Source: an uncultured bacterium
Lineage (GTDB): Bacteria > Krumholzibacteriota > Krumholzibacteriia > LZORAL124-64-63
Assembly (NCBI GenBank): GCA_963732385.1
Contig: CAVSZB010000008.1
Location: 128,001-192,000 of the forward strand
Length of the DNA: 64,000 nt
Reading direction: 5' to 3'
Below are positions 58,006 through 64,000 of this stretch, one piece after another; the stretch's first letter is position 1; each line of letters starts with the position of its first letter. A program made the translations under genes and the position numbers. The notes beneath the pieces were generated by a model that made no database searches, had not been told where the DNA came from, and worked only from the letters and a program-made list of their open reading frames with translations.

Positions 58006-59148
58006 TTGGCGCACATCTTCCTCATGGGAGATTCGACGCTTGCCGAGCAGGTGCAGACCTGGCTTCTGCGCTGGGGGCACAGCGTGAACCATGCCGCCAG
58101 CGAAGCGGCGCTGCAGTCAGGCGGTTCTCTGCGCCGGTCCGATGCCATCGTGGCGGTCTGCGACGGCCACGGGGTGGAGGGGCTTTGTCCGGCGGCGTTG
58201 GCGACCAGGGAGGGGACGGCGCCGGTGATCCTGGTGGGGCGGTCCGGCAGCGTCTGCCGCCACACCGATTCTCCTCTCGAACATGTGCCGGATCCCGGTC
58301 GCGGCGGACGCCGGTTGCGGCGCGCGCTCGGCTACTGCCTGCAGCGGGCGGAGTTGACGCGTCGCCATCTGGCCGAGCTGACCGGCCATCACGAGTATGT
58401 GCAGTTTCTTGGACACGAACTGCGCACGCCGATCACTTCCGCGCTGGCCGCGCTCGAAATTCTCGCCGGCGAGGGCACGGTCGGCACGGAGCCGGGCAGG
58501 CGCGAGGCCGACTTCGTGAGCATCGCGCTGCGCAACCTGAAGCGCCTGCGGGAAACCCTGGAATGGACCGATGACTATCTCGACTCCCGCACGTCGGTGC
58601 TGGCTCCGCGGTGGCGCGAAGCGCGACTGGGCGAACTGGTCACCCAGGCGGTCGGTCTCGAAACGCCGCGGCCGGACATCTCGCTGGTTTTCGAGGCGGG
58701 CGCCGAATCGCTGCCGGTGGTCAGCGATGGTCACCTCCTGCGCGGTCTCCTGCAGCAGGTCTGCCGTACGCTGCGTTACCATGCCCCGGGCGCGCATGTC
58801 ACACTGCGCATCAGCGCGCGCGTCGGGATTGACGAGGCCGCCCCCTGGCGCGGTGGTTCGCCGGCCGAATTCGTCGTCGCGCTGCATGTCAGCTGGCCGC
58901 CGGACAGCCGCGGGCCGGCTCAGGTCTGCCGCACCAGTCTCGTCGAGCCGGGCGAGGGGCCGCAGCAGGAACTTAGTCGTCTCGTTCGCCTGACCGTGTC
59001 GCGCGAAATCCTCGCCCTGTTCGGCGCGCGCCTGACCCTGCCCGCCCTCGAGGACGGCGCCCCCACGCTGCAGGTCGTTCTGCCTGCGGCGCCCCCCGGA
59101 GTGATCGCCGTATTCAGTTGCGTTTCCCGCCCCGCCGTCTGCGCTTGA
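58006..59148 (+). CDS. Degenerate histidine-kinase-like protein (pseudo-receiver, intact HisKA, degenerate HATPase)
   Basis: FLGHELRTPITS H-box; no recognisable N, G1 or G2 boxes; N-terminus is receiver-like but lacks the usual acidic pocket. Confidence 0.7.
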   Translation: MAHIFLMGDSTLAEQVQTWLLRWGHSVNHAASEAALQSGGSLRRSDAIVAVCDGHGVEGLCPAALATREGTAPVILVGRSGSVCRHTDSPLEHVPDPGRGGRRLRRALGYCLQRAELTRRHLAELTGHHEYVQFLGHELRTPITSALAALEILAGEGTVGTEPGRREADFVSIALRNLKRLRETLEWTDDYLDSRTSVLAPRWREARLGELVTQAVGLETPRPDISLVFEAGAESLPVVSDGHLLRGLLQQVCRTLRYHAPGAHVTLRISARVGIDEAAPWRGGSPAEFVVALHVSWPPDSRGPAQVCRTSLVEPGEGPQQELSRLVRLTVSREILALFGARLTLPALEDGAPTLQVVLPAAPPGVIAVFSCVSRPAVCA

Positions 59149-59194
59149 AGAAGGCCGCCGGTGTCCCTATGCTGCCGGGGGAGGGGGCAGCGCC

Positions 59195-62100
59195 GTGGCC
59201 CAGCCTTTCGAGGGTCGCTTCCGACTTGCCGACCGTCTGGCCGACTGCGGGCGTCTGCCGCGCTATTGTGTCACCGGTGTGACGCTGGCGGAGCCGGCCG
59301 AGGCGATCGCCCTGAGCGAAACGGGTCGCTGGGCCGGTCTGTTGGAGACCGTCTGGCTGCGCGTCGCGCGCCTGGACGCACATCCCGCGGCGGCCTGTGT
59401 CCCGTTCGCGGCCGAGCAGGCCGGCGATACCCTGCTGCTGATCCATCCGGTCCTGCCTCCCGACGCCTGGGAGGACCACGCGCGTGGCCTGCCGGCGGAC
59501 ATCCTCCTTACCGGGATCGCCACGCTGGTGCGCTGGTTGCTCGCGGGGCTGGCCACCCAGGTCGGCTGCGGGAACCTGCGTCTTTCCGCGCTGCGCTCGT
59601 CATCTGACGGACCGCTCGCCTCGCCGGCGGCTTGGGCTGTGCCGCTGCCGCTGCTCGCGGTTCGCGGGCTGCCGGGGCGTCCGTGGCGGGGGCTGGTGGC
59701 CCGGGGATGGAGCGGCGAGGCGGTCCTCGACGCGGGACTGCTCTGCCATGACCTCGCCGGGCTGCTCGGGGAGCGACTCGCCGAGGGACTCCCGGACGGA
59801 TCCCTGCGGGATGGGCCCACGGACCGATCCGTCCTGACGCGAGTGCGCGACGGGCTGGTCGCCTGCTCCGTCGAGGCGCGTGTCGGCGGAGAGGTCGGTC
59901 CGCTGGGCTCCGGACTGGCGGATCTGCTGGCGCTCGTCACCGGAGCGGACGCTCCGTCCCGCGTGCTGCGGAGCGCGCGGGCACCGGTGCGCGATAGCCT
60001 GACCGCTGCTCTGGCCGCGCTTGGCCGGAGGGAAGACGGGGCCTGCCTGTTCCTCGAAGGGGGAGTGGAGGAGGGGGTTGTCGACAGGATCGCCACGGCG
60101 CTCTCCGCCACCGCGGAATTGACCGTGGCCAGGGGATTGGTTTCCGAACAACCGGCGCCATGTCCACCGCGCGCGGGGCGACAAGGAGCCGAGGCGTGGC
60201 TGGTCGTATGCGACGACCAGGCCCAGCCGCCGACGGCGGCCCGACGCTGGCTCGCCGGGGTGCCCGCCGGTCGCCGGCGCCGCGTGCTCTGGCTGGGGAC
60301 GGGGGAGGGGGCGCCGGCCGGCCATCTGCTGCGTCGCGACCTGACCGCTCGTTGGCGGCTGGCCCGGCTGGACGAACCGCTGTCCGGGGAGGCGAAGCCG
60401 TCGTCTCCGGAGTCTGCGGTGGCGCCTGGCCTGGCGCCGCTGATGGAACCGGGGGAGCGGGTGCTGCTCGGGATGGTCGCCGCGGCCGGCATCGATCTGC
60501 CGCTGCCGCTGTTGGGGCGCGCCTCCGGTCTGCAATCGCGCGAACTGGGCGTTGCGCTCGCGCCGCTGGTGGCGCGCGGCCAGCTGGTCTGGCGCGCGGT
60601 GCGGGCGAAATGGATGCGCGCGGAGAAGACCTGCACCGTGGCGGTCACGCCGGCCGGACTGGCCAGGGCCGCCGCGGACCTCGTTGATGTCGAACATCAT
60701 CGCGGTTGTCTGGCGCTTCTCCTGCATCATCTGCCGCCCGGCCGTGGCGCTGATGATCGCTGGCTGCGTTTTCATCTGCTGGCAGCGGCCGGGAATTCCG
60801 CTGGTGCGGCACGGGAGTTGGCGGCCCTTCTCGCGATCCCGTCCGGTGCGCAGGACGATCATGCCACGGTGGCGGCCTGCGCCGCCGCGCTCGCCCCTGA
60901 GTTCCCCTGCCGGCTCGACCCGGTCCTGTTGATTCGCGCCTGCGGGCGGCTGGGGCGCGCCTGGGAGGAGCGCGGTCAACTCGGCGAGGCCCGCGCTGTC
61001 TACGAGCGGGGGCTGTCGCTCGCGACGGGGCTGGTCGACGGCCACACTGGTGAGGAAGAGGCCGAGGCGCTGGCGGAACTGGCGATCGCGTATGCCGACC
61101 TGCTGGACAAGCGGGGCGAGTTCACGGTCCTGAACGATCTGCTGCGGCGCGTGGTCGACGGCTGCGGCGGCAGCCTGCGGCCGCCGCTGGCGGCCCGGCT
61201 GCAGTTCGAAATCGCCTGGTCTCACCACCGGATGGGACGGCACGAGGTCGCGCTGGAGATTTGCCAGGCGTTGTTGCGCCAACTCGACATCGAAGAACGT
61301 TCGGCCGAGGCGGGGGACGTCCACAATCTGATCGGGCTTGTGCGCTATGAGAGCAGTCGCTACGAGGAAGCACGCATCAGTATCCAGAAGGGCCTCGTTC
61401 TGCGCGAACGCGCGGGTGACCCGGCCGCGGTGGCGCGCAGCTGCAACAATCTCGGCCTCGTGCATCGGGCGCTGGGCGATCTGGCCCGCGCAGAAGCCTG
61501 CCTGCAACGCAGTCTGGCCATCAAGAACACGGCAGGGGATCTGCCCGGCGTGGCGAGTTGTTTCCTTAACATGGCGTACATCGCACTCGACCAGGAGCGG
61601 TTCGAGTCGGCGCTCGAACGGGGTCGACAGGCGCTGGATATCAGCCGCGAGCAGGTGCTGCGGCAACTCGAGGCGGAAATCCTGCTCCTGCTGGGGGAGG
61701 TGGCGGAGGCACAGGGCCGGTTCGCCGAGGCCACCGGGGAGTATGCCGGCGCGCGCGTAATCGCCGAGGAGATAGGCGACGCCGATCAGTGCCTGGCGAT
61801 CCTGCGCCACCAGGCGGGGCTCGCTCTGCGCGAAGGTGAGGCGACGCAGGCCTGGTCGACCTTCCGGGAAGCGGAGGCGCTCGCGCCGCGTGTGCCGTCG
61901 CAATTGCAGCGCGCGCTGTTGCGCCAGCTGGCGGGTGATCTGCACACTGCCGCCCACCGGCACGTGGAGGCTGCGACGGCCTACCAGGAGTGCGCCCACG
62001 CGCTCGTCGCGCTCCATAAGACAGAACTGCAGATCGGGGCGAAAACGCGCGCAGCCCTCGCCCTGGCCCGCGCCGGAGATCTGCAGCGCGCGCGGGACCT

Positions 62101-63676
62101 GTTCGGGGAATTGCGGCGAGGCACGCTGGACATGCGGCTTTCGGCCCTGCCTTCCGAGTTTCACGAGCTGGAAAAGCTGCTCGGCCAGACCGGCGGCGAG
62201 GATTCGGGGGCTACAGCGCATGCGGTCCTGCTGCGCGGCCTGCTCAACCTGCCCGCCCTGGAGGCGCAACGGCCCGGCTTTCCAGCCTGCGCGCGCCGCG
62301 TCGTCGAGCTCCTGCACGTCGCCGGTTCCTTCGCTGCCGTCGGGTTTGTGCATCTGGCGCCGACCGGGGAGGAACTCGGTCGCTGGGAGCAGGGGGATCC
62401 GTCCGGGGCGGAGGGCCTCACGTTCGTGGCGCGCGATGTCTGGCCGGACGGCGCGGAGATCGTGGGCACGGGGGTCCTGGCCGAAAATCCGGAGCGGCCC
62501 GGCCGGCGTGGGGCGATCAGTTCGGAAGAGGCTCGGGGGGCGTTGACTCTGGCGACTGTGGTTCTGGCCGCCTGCCGGGCCCGGATCGAGGAGGGGCGGC
62601 GACAGAGCGCCTCGCCCGTCTCCCCGGCGCCGGTCTTGCAGGCTGCCGCCTCCCTTCCGGGGGTGGCGTTTGTCGGCACGAGCGAGGCGCTGGCCGACCT
62701 GCGCCGGTTCGTCGACAAGGTGGCGAATCTCGATGTGCCCGTGCTTATCCTCGGCGAAAACGGCGCGGGCAAGGAGTTGGTCGCGCGGCTGATCCATTCG
62801 CGTGGCGCCCGCCAACGCCACGGCTTCGTCGCGGTAAATTGCGCCAGCATTCCCGCCACCCTGCTCGAGAGCACGTTGTTCGGGCACGAACGGGGCGCTT
62901 TTACCGACGCCGTGGCACGGCGGATCGGCGAATTCGAGCAGGCAGGCTCAGGCACGATCCTCCTCGATGAGATCGGCGAAATGCCGGCCCCGCTCCAGAC
63001 GAAACTGTTGCGTGTCCTGCAGGAGAAGGAATTCCGCCGCGTCGGTGGCAGCGAGACGCTGCGCCTGCGTGCCCGCGTGCTGGCAGCCACGAATCTCGAC
63101 ATCGGGACCGCGGTGGCAGACGGCCGTTTTCGCGAGGATCTCTACTACCGCCTGGCGGTGTTGCCGGTGCGGGTGCCTCCGCTGCGCGAACGGCCGGAGG
63201 ACATTCCGCCTCTTTTGCGCCATTTTCTCGAGATCTATGCCGCGGAATTTGGCGTCCCGGTCTGCGAAATCAGCGCCGAGGCGCTCGATGTGCTCGTGTC
63301 CGCCCCCTGGCGGGGCAATGTCCGGGAACTGCAGAATCTTGTCCGGCGGTTGCTCATCTTCGCCGAGGGGCGTCCCATCCGTCGCGGCGACCTGCCGGTC
63401 TCCCTGCAGCCGTCGGGCGCTGAGCCGCCGGGTGTTGGCGAGGATCTGGCGGAGATCGTGGCGCGGCTGGTCCGGGTACGCAACCTGGGCGTGGCCAGCC
63501 CGTTGCTGCCGAGACTGCAGGGCATGCTGGCCCGGCAAATGGTGGCGTGTTGCGCCAGCAAGGCGGAAGCTGCGCGACGCCTCGGTATCACCGCGCCGAC
63601 GCTCTACGAATGGCTGCGTAGGGAGGGCGCGCCGGAGGCGGGGCGTCCGCGCCGGCAGCAGAGGGCGGAAGGTTGA
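59195..63676 (+). CDS. Giant sigma-54 enhancer-binding protein (degenerate N-terminal/STAND-like region, TPR array, AAA+, Fis-type HTH), 1493 aa
   Basis: GENGAGKE, VNCASIP, LFGHERGAFTDA, LLDEIGE, FREDLYYRL, WRGNVRELQN, KAEAARRLGITAPTLY; TPR_12-like repeats (SCNNLGLVHRALGD). Confidence 0.9.
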   Translation: MAQPFEGRFRLADRLADCGRLPRYCVTGVTLAEPAEAIALSETGRWAGLLETVWLRVARLDAHPAAACVPFAAEQAGDTLLLIHPVLPPDAWEDHARGLPADILLTGIATLVRWLLAGLATQVGCGNLRLSALRSSSDGPLASPAAWAVPLPLLAVRGLPGRPWRGLVARGWSGEAVLDAGLLCHDLAGLLGERLAEGLPDGSLRDGPTDRSVLTRVRDGLVACSVEARVGGEVGPLGSGLADLLALVTGADAPSRVLRSARAPVRDSLTAALAALGRREDGACLFLEGGVEEGVVDRIATALSATAELTVARGLVSEQPAPCPPRAGRQGAEAWLVVCDDQAQPPTAARRWLAGVPAGRRRRVLWLGTGEGAPAGHLLRRDLTARWRLARLDEPLSGEAKPSSPESAVAPGLAPLMEPGERVLLGMVAAAGIDLPLPLLGRASGLQSRELGVALAPLVARGQLVWRAVRAKWMRAEKTCTVAVTPAGLARAAADLVDVEHHRGCLALLLHHLPPGRGADDRWLRFHLLAAAGNSAGAARELAALLAIPSGAQDDHATVAACAAALAPEFPCRLDPVLLIRACGRLGRAWEERGQLGEARAVYERGLSLATGLVDGHTGEEEAEALAELAIAYADLLDKRGEFTVLNDLLRRVVDGCGGSLRPPLAARLQFEIAWSHHRMGRHEVALEICQALLRQLDIEERSAEAGDVHNLIGLVRYESSRYEEARISIQKGLVLRERAGDPAAVARSCNNLGLVHRALGDLARAEACLQRSLAIKNTAGDLPGVASCFLNMAYIALDQERFESALERGRQALDISREQVLRQLEAEILLLLGEVAEAQGRFAEATGEYAGARVIAEEIGDADQCLAILRHQAGLALREGEATQAWSTFREAEALAPRVPSQLQRALLRQLAGDLHTAAHRHVEAATAYQECAHALVALHKTELQIGAKTRAALALARAGDLQRARDLFGELRRGTLDMRLSALPSEFHELEKLLGQTGGEDSGATAHAVLLRGLLNLPALEAQRPGFPACARRVVELLHVAGSFAAVGFVHLAPTGEELGRWEQGDPSGAEGLTFVARDVWPDGAEIVGTGVLAENPERPGRRGAISSEEARGALTLATVVLAACRARIEEGRRQSASPVSPAPVLQAAASLPGVAFVGTSEALADLRRFVDKVANLDVPVLILGENGAGKELVARLIHSRGARQRHGFVAVNCASIPATLLESTLFGHERGAFTDAVARRIGEFEQAGSGTILLDEIGEMPAPLQTKLLRVLQEKEFRRVGGSETLRLRARVLAATNLDIGTAVADGRFREDLYYRLAVLPVRVPPLRERPEDIPPLLRHFLEIYAAEFGVPVCEISAEALDVLVSAPWRGNVRELQNLVRRLLIFAEGRPIRRGDLPVSLQPSGAEPPGVGEDLAEIVARLVRVRNLGVASPLLPRLQGMLARQMVACCASKAEAARRLGITAPTLYEWLRREGAPEAGRPRRQQRAEG

Positions 63677-63683
63677 TCAGGGC

Positions 63684-63712
63684 TTGCTCCGGACGAAGGT
63701 CGATCGTAGAAT
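63684..63712 (+). promoter_or_regulatory. Putative sigma-70 promoter
   Basis: TTGCTC-N17-TAGAAT. Confidence 0.55.
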
Positions 63713-63753
63713 GCACCCGGGGAAAGCACGTTCTCTGGCCGAGGAGGTCAGTG

Positions 63754-64000
63754 ATGTCCATGCGTGCCTGCAGCTCCGCGCTCCTGTTGTCTTTGCTGCT
63801 GATGGTCGGTCATGGCGAGGCTCACGCCGCCCTGTCCGCCGACATGGTGACGCTCGCCCCCGGCACGACCGCGGTGCGGCTTGGCGAGGCCGTTTTCGTG
63901 GTGTCGACAGATCGCACGATCTCGCTGTCCCTGGCATTCGTTACCGGGGATATGCTCGATGGGCTGGTCGTGCTTCGCGATTCATCGCCGGCGCTGGTGC
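63754..64000 (+). CDS. Exported hypothetical protein, partial (runs off the window end)
   Basis: GAGGAGG RBS; MSMRACSSALLLSLLLMVGHGEAHA signal peptide; frame open to the end of the window. Confidence 0.65.
   Translation, partial: MSMRACSSALLLSLLLMVGHGEAHAALSADMVTLAPGTTAVRLGEAVFVVSTDRTISLSLAFVTGDMLDGLVVLRDSSPALV

Overview
GC-rich (about 70% by eye), densely coding chromosomal window from a diderm bacterium. Gene content (PorX-like REC-PglZ regulator followed by tsaE-tsaB-rimI, long OstA/LptD, TamA/TamB, DUF5916-type protein) suggests an FCB-related lineage (inference). Most of it is housekeeping or envelope: HU, ltaE, nadE, rsmI, tmk, CtpA, metK with Met gamma-lyase, an ABC exporter, M16 peptidases, pyrE/pyrF, serS, accD, folC, a ROK kinase and lptD. 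Highlights: (1) an exported selenoprotein that the ORF track splits in two, with an in-frame UGA in a C-G-U motif, a SECIS-like hairpin, and a degenerate 5'-nucleotidase-like domain fused to a four-CxxCH cytochrome c; (2) an IS1-like element with 20-bp inverted repeats, an atypical catalytic helix and an internal sigma-54-type promoter; (3) a sigma-54 locus with a degenerate histidine kinase and a 1493-aa STAND-like/TPR enhancer-binding protein behind a -24/-12 promoter; (4) a divergent MetK coupled to Met gamma-lyase; (5) a frameshifted ABC ATPase. No rRNA, tRNA or CRISPR array was recognised. All calls are by-eye motif recognition; no database searches were run.
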